A program made the translations under genes and the position numbers. A DNA stretch of 64,000 nt from an uncultured Planctomycetota bacterium (GTDB lineage Bacteria > Planctomycetota > Planctomycetia > Isosphaerales > Isosphaeraceae): the NCBI GenBank assembly GCA_963845755.1, contig CAWJTV010000011.1, forward strand, positions 64,001 through 128,000, written 5' to 3'. A model generated the notes under the pieces. It searched no databases and had not been told where the DNA came from. It saw only the letters and a list, made by a program, of their open reading frames with translations. Below, piece by piece: positions 1-12,500 of the stretch (its first letter is position 1; each line of letters starts with the position of its first letter).

Positions 1-723
1 CATCAGTGACATCGCGCTGTTGAACTCCCTATGGTTTCTCCACGATGAGAACCCCATAAGGTGCGAGCTGCGAAGTCGCGCCGTCGAACCTGAGGCGGAT
101 CTGATCGATAACGCCCGTCACGCCCAGCGCGTTTTTGGGTTCCGTGCCCGGAGCAATCCCGAGCGATCCTCTTGGCCTCGAAAGGACAGCCCGCGCACCG
201 GCCGCTTAGGACGTTGAAGTGTTGCGCCATGATCAATGCTCCTGAGCCGGAATGGCCTTTCTCATTCTTGTCATCGTCTCGGATCGGCTCGATGACGGCA
301 AGGTCGGAGCCCGCGAATCCGCGCAATCTCTCGAATGGCTGAGATCCCAGCCGAAGGGCCATGATCTCCGGCCAATCGTCGGGATCGACTCTTTCCAGGG
401 AAAAATTCCGATTGCCGAGTCAAGTCTGAGACGGAAGGCCGGTAAGAGAGAGTGTGCGATCGAGAAGCCGATCGACGCGGTCGCGGGGGAGCGGATGACG
501 AGGCCGCCCTGGAATCCTCGGCTCTCGGATTCCTGGACACCCGTCGAATTCGGAAACCACAAGTCTTGATTTGTTGCGGCCGCGGTTTCCGCGCGGCTCG
601 CAGGTCGAAGAGTGAAGTGGGAAACGCTCTTCCGAGGATCTCGGAAGTCGGGCGGCGTACGCCCTCAACGAACGGCTTCACCCTCAACGATTCTCGGGTT
701 CACCACAATCGAGGAGAAACGCG

Positions 724-1434
724 ATGAATACGCTGCGCCGATCGTCTCGGAAGGCGAAGATCCGCCTGGAGTCCCTCGAGGATCGAATCACCCCGGCCGC
801 TCATCCCGGCAGCGCACACCTGGCCGCCCTGCTGGCGCACACCAACGTCATCGTCAAGCGGGAACCGCCACCGCCTTTCTCGAACCCACCCGGCCACAAG
901 GGTCACGAGCTTCACCGCTTGCACCGCAATACCCAGCCCTCGACCATCGGATACATGCCGGGCACCATATCCGTGAACACGATTCCGGTCTCGTTTCAGC
1001 CGGCCGTGGTGTTGTCCACGAAGCCGACCACGAGCGGCGAGGGGACAACCTCGATCGATGCCACGGTCAGCCCCAACCCCACGATCACGCCGCCCGTGAG
1101 TTCGCCCTTGCCGGCCAATCTCGCTGCGCCGCTGGTGCAGATCAACGAGGCGTTTCAAGCCGTGAGCGGCAAGACTCCATTCTCCTCACCTTATGGGAGC
1201 CAGATCGAGATCGAAGGCTCGAGCGTGGGCGTGGAGATCCATGGCAATGACGGCGACCTGGACAGCCTCCTCGTCGACATGGACAAGCTGGGCTTCCAAC
1301 TCAGCAGCACCAGTACCACGACCGATACAATCGCCGGGCTGATCCCCATCGACGCCCTGGCGAAGGCGGCCGAGGACGCGCTGACACTCAGCGTCACGCC
1401 CGAGTATCTCCCTCAGTCATTCGGAACGCTCTGA
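724..1434 (+). CDS. Planctomycete secreted protein with LEPR-XLL-like N-terminal motif
   Basis: 236-aa ORF with GAGGAG upstream. Basic N-terminus followed by RLESLEDRIT; Pro/Thr/Ser-rich linker. Confidence 0.7.
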   Translation: MNTLRRSSRKAKIRLESLEDRITPAAHPGSAHLAALLAHTNVIVKREPPPPFSNPPGHKGHELHRLHRNTQPSTIGYMPGTISVNTIPVSFQPAVVLSTKPTTSGEGTTSIDATVSPNPTITPPVSSPLPANLAAPLVQINEAFQAVSGKTPFSSPYGSQIEIEGSSVGVEIHGNDGDLDSLLVDMDKLGFQLSSTSTTTDTIAGLIPIDALAKAAEDALTLSVTPEYLPQSFGTL

Positions 1435-1467
1435 TCGCCGCGGTCTCCGGCACCAACCCGAGGGTCG

Positions 1468-2070
1468 TCAAGACTCGCCGTTGAGCCGCTTGACCTCGTC
1501 GCGAATGAACCCGAGAACGCGACTCTTGGCCTTGAAGACGGTCATGACGTTCATCCCCAATCGCGCGGCCACTTCCTCCCCGGGCCGGCCCTCGCTTGCC
1601 GTCAAGCGGAAGGCTTCCCAGGTCTGCGGCTCGACGCGATTGCGAACCGTGGCGCAGGCGCGGGCGACCACCTCGCGGTCGAATTCCTGTTCCAGGTGCG
1701 CCATCAGGTCGGAGCGGGCCTCGACCGTTTCCAGGATCTCGATCACGCGGTGGTCGCCGCTACCGACGCCGGGACGACGACGATCGGCGAAGAAATCGCT
1801 CAGTGCGTGCTGGGTCACCGATCGCAGCCAGCCGCGGAACGTCCGGGATGGATCGTAGCTGAACGTCTTCAAGGCTCGGGCGAGCCGAAGCAGCACGTCT
1901 TGGGTCACGTCCTCGGCGTCGGCCGCTTGCAACCCGCGCTGGCGGCACCAGTTGCGGATCTTCGGGCCATAGCAGGCGACGAAGCACTCCCACGCCTCCT
2001 GATCCTGGGAGCCTTGGCCGACGCGCCACAGAAGCGTGGGACTGGTTTCGTCCGACGGCAAATCCTGCAT
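1468..2070 (-). CDS. ECF-family RNA polymerase sigma-70 factor (planctomycete type)
   Basis: TSPTLL..DQEAW..F...Y, DAEDVTQDV (region 2), FRGWL, and a region-4 HTH (EEVAARLGM...VFKAKSRV). Confidence 0.9.
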   Translation of the reverse strand: MQDLPSDETSPTLLWRVGQGSQDQEAWECFVACYGPKIRNWCRQRGLQAADAEDVTQDVLLRLARALKTFSYDPSRTFRGWLRSVTQHALSDFFADRRRPGVGSGDHRVIEILETVEARSDLMAHLEQEFDREVVARACATVRNRVEPQTWEAFRLTASEGRPGEEVAARLGMNVMTVFKAKSRVLGFIRDEVKRLNGES

Positions 2071-2424
2071 GGTCTCTTGACCTCAGGCCAGATATCCGGA
2101 CTGTATTCTGCGCGTGGCCAATCCCCGTCGGCAAGTCCTTGCCGGGTATCGCTCTCTCGCCCGAATCACCGCCGTTCCCGCGGCTGGGACGCTTCACCGT
2201 CGTCATGCCGGCGAATTCGGTCGGCCAGAAAAGGCGAGCCGGGAAGCCTGCGACTCGCGATCGCTCGGTTAACGAAAATTCGTTTCGCACGGCTATTGCG
2301 GCCCCCTCGCGATTGCCGTTCTGGCGCGGGCATTGCGGTTGTTTGATCGAGAAGTTAAGATCCCTGCAATAACAGGATCCTTCAGGATCAAACCCACTTC
2401 ATGCTTGCTCTCGGGCATCGTCCC

Positions 2425-2937
2425 ATGAATACGACTCGATTGCGGATCGCCGTTCTGGGCTGCGTTGCGCCCTCGCTCATCGCAATGCTCACGGTCAATC
2501 GCGAGGACGAATCGCCGCCGTGCGGCCCGGTCTGGGGACGGGTCAGCTACAACGGTCGTCCTCTACAAAAGGGGGCCATCCTATTTGCCCCGTTGGGGGC
2601 GGAGATGGGTGACTGGGCCATCGGGCCCCTCGGCAAGGATGGCCGGTTCTCCATGGACCCGAACTGGCGCCGGGGTTACTCCGAGAAGGTCCGATTCCGA
2701 ATCTGTATCGTTCCGTTTCCCTGCACGTTCACGGCGGACGACGTATCGCCGTGGCCGAGAGGAGAACCGCGGTGCGACATCGGCACGGCCTCGCCGCCTG
2801 GCGAGACTCTCGACGTTCCCCGGCAGACGTTGGTCGATCTGCCAATCCCCCGACGGTTCACCAAGATCTGGACCTCGGGGCTCACGGTCACCCTGGACCA
2901 GGACTCCGCTCGCGTCGACGTCGAATTGAAGGATTAA
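2425..2937 (+). CDS. Planctomycete exported protein, carboxypeptidase-regulatory-like domain
   Basis: VWGRVSYNGRPLQKGAILFAP ... IPRRF...TSGLTVTL pattern typical of this planctomycete family; hydrophobic N-terminus. Confidence 0.65.
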   Translation: MNTTRLRIAVLGCVAPSLIAMLTVNREDESPPCGPVWGRVSYNGRPLQKGAILFAPLGAEMGDWAIGPLGKDGRFSMDPNWRRGYSEKVRFRICIVPFPCTFTADDVSPWPRGEPRCDIGTASPPGETLDVPRQTLVDLPIPRRFTKIWTSGLTVTLDQDSARVDVELKD

Positions 2938-3133
2938 CAGGAACTCGATTTTTGAAGAGACGACGAGAGCGGGGCCGCGCTCGAGAGAGACTGGAAAGAC
3001 GCGGCTCGGAGGGCGCCTCCCTTTCCCCGCTCTCCCTGCCGTCCTGGAGCGAGCGGCGGCGCGACCAGAGTCGCGAGCGCCGCTGCCTGAGGACGACCAT
3101 CGTCTCGATCGACCCAACGAACGGAAGGCCATC

Positions 3134-4696
3134 TCAATTGCAGGAGAGGCAGGTCGGGACAACGACCGGCACCATCGTGCACTGCTGGACGGCGATCTGC
3201 CGCGGGACGAGGCGAGCGACGCACCGATTTACGGTGACGGGGACCTGCTCGGAGACACACACCGGCACCTGGCGCGACGCGGTCTCGGCCACCATCCGGC
3301 ACGTCGTGACCGGGACCCGTTCGGACCGCTGTTCGCTGACGTACTGGCAGGTAGTGACGGGGATCGTCTCCACCCGCTCCTCCGCCACCATCTGACACGT
3401 CTGGACCTCGTACGGCTCGACGTGCTCCTCGGCGACATACTGGCAGGTCGTGACGGGGATCGTCTCCGCCCGCTCCTCGGCCACCATCTGGCACGTCCGC
3501 ACCTCGTATGGCTCGACATGTTCCTCGGCGACATACTGGCAGGTGGTGACGGGGATCGTCTCCACCTGCTCCTCGGCCACCATCCGGCACGTCCGCACCT
3601 CATAAGGGTTCGACATGCTGCTCCGCGACGTACTGGCAGGTGGTGACGGGGATCGTCTCCACCCGCTCCTCCGCCACCATCCGGCAGGTCTGTACGGGGA
3701 CCTTGCGGATCATTGTCTCACGGACGTAGCGGGTCTCGCTCACCGTGCGGACCGTCGGCCGCGACACGAAGACCCGCTGGCTGACGACCCGCGGCGCACA
3801 CTGGACGGCGACGGTCGCGGTGACTTTCTTGTGGTGAAAGCAGCTAAAGAGCCCGCGTTTTTCGCAACCGCAATCCTCGGCGGGCACGCGGACCTTGCGC
3901 TCGACGATCGGGCCTGGCTCGGTGGTGTACTGCCGCTCGTAATATCCGCACTCGACGACTTCCTGGCGACAGGTTGTCACCGGACGGCGGACGATGTACG
4001 ACTGGTTGACCATCGCTGTCTCATACACCGGCCTCATCACGGTCGTGCGCCGCTCCTGGTTGACCGTCTGGTAAACCGGCTTCATCACCGTATAGCGCCG
4101 TTCGCGCTGTTCGGTCTGGTAGACCGGCTTCATGACTGTGTAGCGCCGTTCCTGGTTGACCGTCTGGTACACCGGCTTGCGGACCGTGTACCGCCGCTCC
4201 ATCTGCTGGGTCTTCACGACCGGTCGGTAGACGGTATAACGCCGTTCGTGGTTGACCGTCTGATAGACCGGCTTCATCACGCGGTAGCGCCGCTCGCGGC
4301 GCTCGGTCTGGTAGACCGGCTTCATCACGCGGTAGTGTCGCTGCTGATTGACCGTCTGGTAGACCGGCTTCATCACGGTGTAAGGTCGTTCGACATAGGA
4401 GGTTTCTGCGACGGGCCTCATGACGGTATAATTCTCCGTCTTGTAGGCCATGCGATAGCGCGTCTCCATGACCGTCATCGGTTCCGAATCGTAGACGGTC
4501 TCATAAACGGTCTGGTAGACGGTTTGCACCTGGGGGGCCAAGGCCACCACATTGCACTGACTTTCCACCACGGCCGGCGGCGCACAGCGGTGGCAGGCGC
4601 CCCGCCATAGGTGGCCCAGGCCGGCTCCGAAAACCCCCCGAAGAAGGAGACGATCGCCCCAGCGATCAGATACATCCTTTTCGTGAACGTGAACAT
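3134..4696 (-). CDS. Secreted 16-aa-repeat (Val/Thr/Tyr/Cys-rich) protein, split by two frameshifts
   Basis: Signal peptide in ORF 4475..4696, repeat body in ORF 3600..4877, repeat tail in ORF 3134..3616. The repeat phase continues across shifts near 4605 and 3605. Confidence 0.75.
3290..4430 (-). repeat. Coding tandem repeats with 48-nt period (two blocks)
   Basis: ACCGGC recurs at 4027/4075/4123/4171. Units RRYTVMKPVYQTVNQE (about 4020-4430) and alternating ETIPVTTCQYVAEEHV/EPYEVRTCQMVAEERV (about 3290-3700). Confidence 0.9.
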
Positions 4697-5216
4697 GCAT
4701 GACTCCTCGGCGGATTCTGGGGCCTCCTTGCCGCTCCTGTGGGTAGTGGCTATTGATGCGCAATCCGCTCAAGGCCATCGCGCCGAGCAGCCGAAGTTTG
4801 TCAATTGCGCACTTGCGCCGATGGCTCACGGTGATGAGTATATCATCCGTCGAATCGCAAAATCGGACAGAAACCAAGATTCACCAAAGTGCGAGGTCGC
4901 CCTGTGCCGATAACGACGAGTTGAGCGTCGTCTTCGACAACACCTCCTCCAGAGCAAGGGATGTGCCCGCGCAATAGCCTGGCGTGGGGGCCGGGCCGGC
5001 GCTGACGGAGAAAAGCTCGACAGGGCCGTGCTTTACGATTGTTTCGCGAGCCTTGGTCCAAAGACTCCGGAGGACTGGAACGGCGCTCGGCCTTGAACTT
5101 TTTACATGGCCGAAAATGCCAACCGATCTCGTCGGTTTCGGTGTTACCAGCTCCGAGTCCCCGGTTCGAAATCAACCGGCAACTCGAGCGGCTCACGTTT
5201 GGGTTGCACACGGGTC

Positions 5217-5281
5217 CGTGTGTGTTCTGTGCGCACCAATCCCCATGGCAGGCGATCTCCGGTGCTCGCAGAGCACGCTAC
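5217..5281. repeat. Degenerate GTAG-type REP doublet
   Basis: Right arm GGTGCTCGCAGAGCACGCTAC closely matches the arm at 53875-53895; the left arm is decayed. Confidence 0.6.
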
Positions 5282-5348
5282 TGCGAACACAGCACCTGGT
5301 TCCAACCCCAAAACCTCACGCCCTCCCCGTTCCAAATCGTTAAACGTT

Positions 5349-6392
5349 CTAGGCGTCCCCCAGAGCCCGCAACGTTTCGATGGCCTGGCTACGGACGCTG
5401 ACGAGGCCGGAGGTGGTCAGTTTTTCGAGCTCGGCGCGGAGGGATTTGGCCAACTGGGGCGCCCCGTTGCGGACGGATGATCGGAGCGCTTCGATGGCTT
5501 CGAGTTGAATGGCCTCGATCTTGTTCTGCTTCTCCGTGGCCGACTCCATCCCGATCACCTTGTTGAGGTCGGAGGTGGAGAGCATCTCGCGAAGGGTGGC
5601 TTGAGCGGCGGAGTCGCCGCGCCGGCCCAGCGCGATGGCGGCGTTGTAGCGAGTGAATCGGTCTTCGTCCGAGTGGATACGATCGCGGAGGATCGGGCTG
5701 ACCTCGGGACCGCCGAAGAATCCCAGGGCGTAAACGGCCATCTGGCGGAGTTGCGGATTGCTATCGGCGGCCGTCTCGCCAAGAGCCTTGACGGCGCGGG
5801 GATCGTCGAGCTTGCCATCGAGCCGGGCTGCTTGTTTGGCCAGGCTCCCGACCGCGGCAATCCGGATGACGAGATCGAACTGGGGTTCCATCGCCCGAAT
5901 GAGCGGGACGAGCGGGTTGACCGGTTGACCGCTCTGCGTCTGGGCTTCCAGCGTCTGGAACGTGCCCAGGGTGAGGGCCACGTACTGGGCCAATTTCGGG
6001 TCGTCTCGCAGTTTGGGGTTCTCGTAGTGGTCCAGCTCGCGGGAGAGCAATTCCGTCAACGCGCCGAGGAGCTTCGGATCGCCGGAAACCGCCGGATCAT
6101 TCTGAATCAGGCTGGCCAACTCGAAGGCCGATCGCCAGTTGGCCGTCGGAAGCTGAAGCTGCCGGACGTACTCCATGGCATCGCGTTCGCCGCCGGCCAA
6201 TTTGCCGAACAAGAGCCAGACGATGATGACCACCAAAACCACCAGCGCCGGAATGACGAAGAGCTGCACGACGAACCCCGCCGACGGAGCCTCGACCGGC
6301 GGCAAGTCAGGCAACGGCGGGGGCTTGTCCACTTCGGCCCCGAGGTTGGCAAAGGGATCACTGGTCGAATTGGAAGCGATCGGATGGCTCAT
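5349..6392 (-). CDS. Membrane-anchored HEAT-repeat protein
   Basis: One N-terminal TM helix (LFVIPALVVLVVIIVWLLF), then repeated R..A..ALG helical motifs. Confidence 0.8.
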   Translation of the reverse strand: MSHPIASNSTSDPFANLGAEVDKPPPLPDLPPVEAPSAGFVVQLFVIPALVVLVVIIVWLLFGKLAGGERDAMEYVRQLQLPTANWRSAFELASLIQNDPAVSGDPKLLGALTELLSRELDHYENPKLRDDPKLAQYVALTLGTFQTLEAQTQSGQPVNPLVPLIRAMEPQFDLVIRIAAVGSLAKQAARLDGKLDDPRAVKALGETAADSNPQLRQMAVYALGFFGGPEVSPILRDRIHSDEDRFTRYNAAIALGRRGDSAAQATLREMLSTSDLNKVIGMESATEKQNKIEAIQLEAIEALRSSVRNGAPQLAKSLRAELEKLTTSGLVSVRSQAIETLRALGDA

Positions 6393-6593
6393 GAGTGCGG
6401 TTGCTTCATCGTCGGAATTCCAAGGTCAATCATGACATCGGGCGGAATCGCTCGGGGCGTTCCGGCCCGATCTCCCCAAGTTCAGTGTAGAGATTCCGGC
6501 CAGTACGTCAAGCAAGCCGGGCGGGCCGAGTCGGTTGATTCCTGCGTGAGTACGTCCCGTCCGCACAAAGGAGGAATCGGATCGTCTCGTGAG

Positions 6594-9500
6594 CTAGGGC
6601 CGCCCCAAGTGGCGTCGGACGAGCGGATGGTGACGAATGTCGAACCACATCGGGAGAACCGCTGGCCTGCGCTCAGGAAGGGCGCGCGTTGCCTGGTCGG
6701 CGGCTTCGGCCTCATGGTTCCTGGCCTGGGTCGTGTGGCCCTTGAGCTTGGTCAGGTGTGGAGGCCCGTGCCCTTTGTCGCCCGCTTTGAGATGATGCTT
6801 CGAGGGGAATTGCGGAGAGAATGTGTTGCCGGGGATGTTCGTCGCGAGTCCTGAGCCTAATGCCGTACCTGGGGTTTCAGTCCCGCTGGAGTTCGGCGTA
6901 CCAGTCGTTTCCAAGCGAGTACTCTCGGTGTTGCCGGATGTCACGGGAGAGCTCGTGGTCGCCTGGCTTCCCACAGGCATGGTTACTAACACATGATTGG
7001 ACGCGATGGAAGTCTCGGAGTCGGAGGAGACGGCTGGGTCGATGAAGATCCCGCTGAGCACCGCGTTCACGCCGGCCTCGTGCGTGAACGTGATCACCAC
7101 GTCGCCTTGCACCGCCCAATTCAGGTACACCCCGTTTGTGAACGAGGAGACCGTCTCGGTGTCCAGGACCGTCCCCGTCGCCGCGTCGCTGATCTGGATC
7201 TGCTCGACCCGGCTCGGCGAGCTTTGCAGGTCGAGGAAGTACAGCTCGATATCGTGCGCCTTCCCGTCGATCAGGTCCAGGTTCACCGTGAAGCTGGTCG
7301 TGGAGTACCAGCACTCCTCGATCCGGCCGGAACCGCCCGGGTTCTGCAGCGCCTGGGGAGCCGTCGAGCTGGCTGACCAGACGTGGGTCAATTCGCCGCT
7401 AGGCGAGACGGTGGCATAGGGAGACAGGCTGGGCGTGTCGCCGATGACGTCGTAGCCCTGCGTGCCGTAGGTCCCGATCCAACCGCCTCGCGTCGTCGTG
7501 TCCGTCTTGAGGAACGAGGCCGAGGAGCCCGCGGGATCGATGAAGATCCCGCTGAGCACCGCGTTGGCGCCGGCCTCGTGCGTGATCGTGATCACCACGT
7601 CGCCTTGCACCGCCCAATCCAGATACACCCCACCGGTGAACGACGAGACCGTCTCGGTGTCCAGGACCGTCCCCGTCGCCGCGTCGCTGATCTGGATCTG
7701 CTCGACCCGACTCGGCGAGCTTTGCAGGTCGAGGAAGTACAGCTCGATATCGTGCAGTTGCCCGTCGATCAGGTCCAGGTTCACCGTGAAGCTGGTGGGA
7801 GAGTACCAGCACTCCTCGATCCGGCCGGATCCGCCCGGGTTCTGCAGCGCCTGGGGGGCGGTCGTGCTGGCCGACCAGACGTGGGTCAATTCGCCGCTGG
7901 GCGAGACGGTGGCGTAGGGGGACAGGCTGGGCGTGTCGCCGATGACGTCGTAGCCCTGCGTGCCGTAAGTCTTGATCCAACTGCCCTGGGTGGTCGTGTC
8001 CGTCTTGAGGAACGTGGCCGAGGAGGAGGTCGTTGCAGCCGGATCGACGAAGATCCCGCTGAGCACCGCGTTCGCGCCAGTCTCGTGCGTGATCGTGATC
8101 GTCACGTCGCCCTGCACCGCCCAATTCAGGTACACCCCGTTTGTGAACGAGGAGACCGTCTCGGTGTCCAGGACCGTCCCCGTCGTCGCGTCGCTGATCT
8201 GGATCTGCTCGACCCGACTCGGCGAGCTTTGCAGGTCGAGCATGTACAGCTCGATGTCGTGCGCCTTCCCGTCGATCAGGTCCAGGTTCACCGTGAAGCT
8301 GGTGGGAGAGTACCAGCACTCCTCGATCCGGCCGGATCCGCCAGGGTTCTGCAGCGCCTGGGGGGCGGTCGTGCTGGCCGACCAGACGTGGGTCAATTCG
8401 CCGCTGGGCGAGACGGTGGCGTAGGGAGACAGGCTGGGCGTGTCGCCGATGACGTCGTAGCCCTGCGTGCCGTAGGTCCCGATCCAACCGCCTCGCGTCG
8501 TCGTGTCCGTCTTGAGGAACGTGGCCGATGCTTGGTTCCCGGCCGTGATGTTCACAGTGAAAGTCCCCATCCTCCCAGTCGCGACGGCGTTGCCGCTCAG
8601 GTCGGTGACCGGCGTGCCGCCGAGGCTCACCGCGTACGTGCCGTTATCGTTGGCCGACCAGGAGCCGCCGGGGGGCGTGATCTGGTAGGTCACGACGAAT
8701 CCCTTCGCATTGCCGACCGCGTCAGTCGATCCGGTCGTCTCGGTGGAGATCACGGTCGCGGTGATCGGGGCGACGCCGCCGGGTGGGCTCACTTGCACGA
8801 CGGTGCCCGGTAGGCTGGTGCCCGCGACCGCCGTATTGTCGGTGTAAGTGACGGTGAAAACGTATGGGTTCGCGGAGGAGGCGTTGGAGGCCGTGACGTT
8901 GGGCGCACTCAGGCTGGCGGTCGGGGGTGATGTGTCGGCGATCGCGTTCGACTGATAGGCGCCAATATCCGTGCCGTTGGAGCTGGTCCGTGGGCCGTAG
9001 CCGCGCTGGTCGGTCAAGAGATCCTCGGGATTGGACCCGGCGCCGATGGCCGGGCTGCCCGTCTGCAAGGCAATGGTCGGGGTCGGGCCGCCGTTACTCG
9101 CAAGCCCCGCGGTGGCGAGGAGGGGGTTGACCCCGAGCAGGTTCTTCTTGTTGGTGCCCACTGTGCCGTTGATCACGGGAGTCTGGAACAGGCAGGACAG
9201 CGCATTGACGGGGCCGGAGTAATCCACGGGGCCGTTGCCGGCGAAGAGGGTGCTCACCGCCATGACGGTCCCCGCGACCTGGTCCACGCCCCCCACGGAA
9301 CCTGCGCCGGCCTGGGTGTTCAGGGCGATGGTGCTGTTGTCGAGGTCGACGGTTCCTCCGTCGATATAGCAACCGCCGCCGTGAGCGGTGCCCGCCAGGC
9401 CAGACGACCCCGAGGCGCCGTTGCCCAGCCCCAGGCTGCCTCCCTTGCCACCCGGGCCGCCACTTCCCGCCGCCCCCCCGCGAACCGAATTCTCGGCGAC

Positions 9501-12500
9501 GGTATTGTTGACCAGCGTGAGCGCCCCGCCGGCGACAAACAGTCCGCCCCCCTGACCCTGACCGCCATCGCCGCCGGGTCCGCCGTTTCCGCCGGTCACC
9601 CCGCCGCCTCCGAAGAAGCTGCTGCTTGTCCCGAAGATCAGGGGGATGCCGCCGTCGAGGCCGCCATGTTGGTGCGCGGGAGAGCCAGCCCGGTGCTTGA
9701 CGATCACGCCGGCCCCCCCAGACCCTCCCGACCCCCCACCAAGACTACCACTGAGACCGCCCGCGAGGGCGCCGGAACCGCCGGCGCCGCCGGAACCGCC
9801 GGCGCCACCGTTGGCCGCGTTACCGCTGAAGGTGTCGCCGTCGAACAGGACGGTTCCTGCCGCGAGGAACAAGCCGCCCCCTTGCCCGATCCCGCCGAGG
9901 CCGCCGGTGCCGCCGCTGCCCCCGACAACGACCGACCCGCCGCTGCCCCCGGTGATGAGCGAGCCCAGGCCACCGAAGCCACCGGGACCGCCGCGTCCGC
10001 CGGCCCCGCCCTGGCCACCGATGGCCTGATTGTCGCTCAGGGTCGTGAGCGCCAGGGTCAGCGCCCCACCGTCGACGTAAAACCCGCCGCCCGCGGCCGC
10101 ACCGCCGGGACCGCCGACCCCGCCGAGGCCGCCATTGCCACCGTGTCCGAAACCGGTCGGGAATCCGCTGCCGGTCGTCGGTAATCCCGGCAGGCTGCTG
10201 CCGGTCGGCAATGAGAACGTGGTGCTGGCCACCAGGCTGCTCCCCGGTCCACCGGCGCCTCCGGCTCCGCCCTGGCCCCCCACGGCGGAATCGCCCTGAA
10301 GCAGGTCCTTATTGAGAGTCAGGCTCCCCGCCGCGAGATAGAAGGCCCCGCCAGCCGCAGCTCCGCCGGCCCCACCAGGACCTCCCGAGCCGCCGGCTTT
10401 GCTCTCTCCGCCGATTCCACCGGCTCCGCCGAATCCGCCGGCTCCGCCGAGGGCTTCGTTGGTGGCGAAGGAGTCGTTGGCCCCGAAGAACTGGCCGCCC
10501 GCCACGTAGAGGCCGCCGCCGGCCGCCGTCCCCCCTCGACCACCGCCGCCGCCGGTTACCGCCGCGCTGGGGTGGGCGGTATTCCGGGCGCTGCCTTTCC
10601 CCCCATTGCCACCATCGCCCCCGAGGGCGAAGTTGCCGCTGATCGTGTCGTTGTTCAAGCTCAGGGTTCCGGCGGCCAGGTAGATGCCGCCGCCCCGGCC
10701 GGGATCGCCGTTCCCGCCGCCGCCGGCCGCCTTGCTGCTCCCGGCCGCTGCCCCGCTGGCGCCGGCGAGACCTTGGGCCCGGTTCTTCGTCAACGCGACG
10801 TGGGTCATCTCGACCGTGCCGCCGTCGATCAGCAGTGCACCGCCCAGCGCGGCCGTGCCCCCGAGGATGCCGCCCCCCGTGGCATTGCCTCCCTCGATCG
10901 ACAGGCCCTGGAACACGACCGTCACGTTCGCCTGACTCGTGCCCACGACCTCGAAGACCCGGTCGCTCCAGAGAGCCAGTCCCGGCTCGATGATCGTGCT
11001 CGTCTCCCCCTGGCCGACGATCGTCAGGGTCTTGTTCGGCAAGCTCGAGGTATTCTGGATCACGATCTGGCCCAGAGTCGTATCGGTGAGAACGTAAGTC
11101 GCCGTCGACAACACGATGGTGTTGCTCGCGTCGCCATTACTCTCGGCGGTGTTGATGGCATCGCGCAGGCTCGCATCGGTCGGCACCGGATAGAACGTCC
11201 CCGATCCGGGCGTCGGATTGGCGACGACATTGAAGGCCCCGGTCTTGACCGACGGGAAGTCGGAATCGGTAATCTGGAACGTGTAGCCTGTGCCGATCTT
11301 GTTGAGCGTCAGATTGTCGAAGACCGCCTGGCCGTGGCTGGCCCTCACGGTGAGCGTCCCGCCCAGGGTGGCGCCGGTGGGGTTGTTCGCCAGCGCGATG
11401 GTCATGGTGCCACCGTACTCGGGGTCCACGCCGCCCTGGACATCCTCGGCCGAGACGACGACCCCGAACGGGTCTCCAACGATGACGTTGCTCGGGGGCT
11501 GAGCGGTCACGACCATCTGGGTGGCGGCCCCATACGCGACCAGGTCGGGGATCAGCAGGTTGGCCTTCGGGCTGCCCAGGCCGGTGACCTCGTCGTAGCC
11601 GGGTCCGGCCTTGAACCCGCCGTTGCTGCCGCTGGTGATGTCGTGGAAATCGTTGCTGGAGACGGTATAGATGGCCGGCAGCGTCTGGCTGGGACCATCG
11701 AGGCTCGATGCCCCCGCCAGCACGCGTCCTTGATCGGCAATGGCGATCAGGCCCGACCAACTGGGTGCCGCGACGCTCGTGCCACCGATCGGGATCCATG
11801 CGCTGCCGTCCTGGGTCTCATCGAACGTGTCGTAGACGGCAACTCCCGTGTTGGGGTCGGCGTCCCAGGCGACGTCGGGGATGGTCCGCTTGCCGGTGCT
11901 CTGGACGCCGTCCTGGTAGGCCGGCTCGCTTTCGAACTGGCTCGTACCGCCGCCGCTGCCGGACCAGGCGGTCTCGCTCGCGATGGTGTTGTTCGCATTG
12001 AGGTCCAGCGTGGTCCCGCCGGTCGCCAGCACCTTGGGCGAGTAGGCCGGATAGTACCCCGGGGAGCCCGAGTCGCCCGTGGCCGCGATGAAGGTCACCC
12101 CTTGATGCCCACTCGGCGTGGTGAATGTGCTGTCGTTGGAGAGTTCACTCGAGACCTCGTCGAGCCCCCAGCTCATCGACACCACCGACACGCCGGGGAG
12201 ACTCGCCGCCGTCGCCACCGCCGTGAACAGGTCGGCATTGTTGGGGTCGGAGTCGGAGCTGGCCTCGACCAGATCGATGTTTGCCCCGGGAGCCATCGCA
12301 TGCGCCCATTCGATATCGAGGGCTTCCTCCATCTCCCAGTCCCCGTTGCCGCTGCCGGCCGATGGGTCCGTGCCCGGTAGGTTCGTGGTCTGGCCAGACT
12401 GGTTGAACTTGGTGAAGCTGGGCGGATCGGGCAGGCCGAATGTCTGATCGAAGACCGCCAGGTCGCTGCTGCCGAAATTGGGATCCGTACTATCGACGAA

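Noticed and set aside
1..569. Possible frameshifted 3' end of a plus-strand gene
   Set aside because: Short ORFs in several frames with no recognisable motif; I cannot support a call.
3290..4430. 48-nt periodic repeats as a CRISPR or ncRNA array
   Set aside because: Variation is concentrated at synonymous positions, so these are coding repeats.
9380..10780. Gly-rich stretch as a separate PE-PGRS gene or horizontal transfer from mycobacteria
   Set aside because: It is an in-frame part of the S53 protein with no PE domain; the similarity is compositional.
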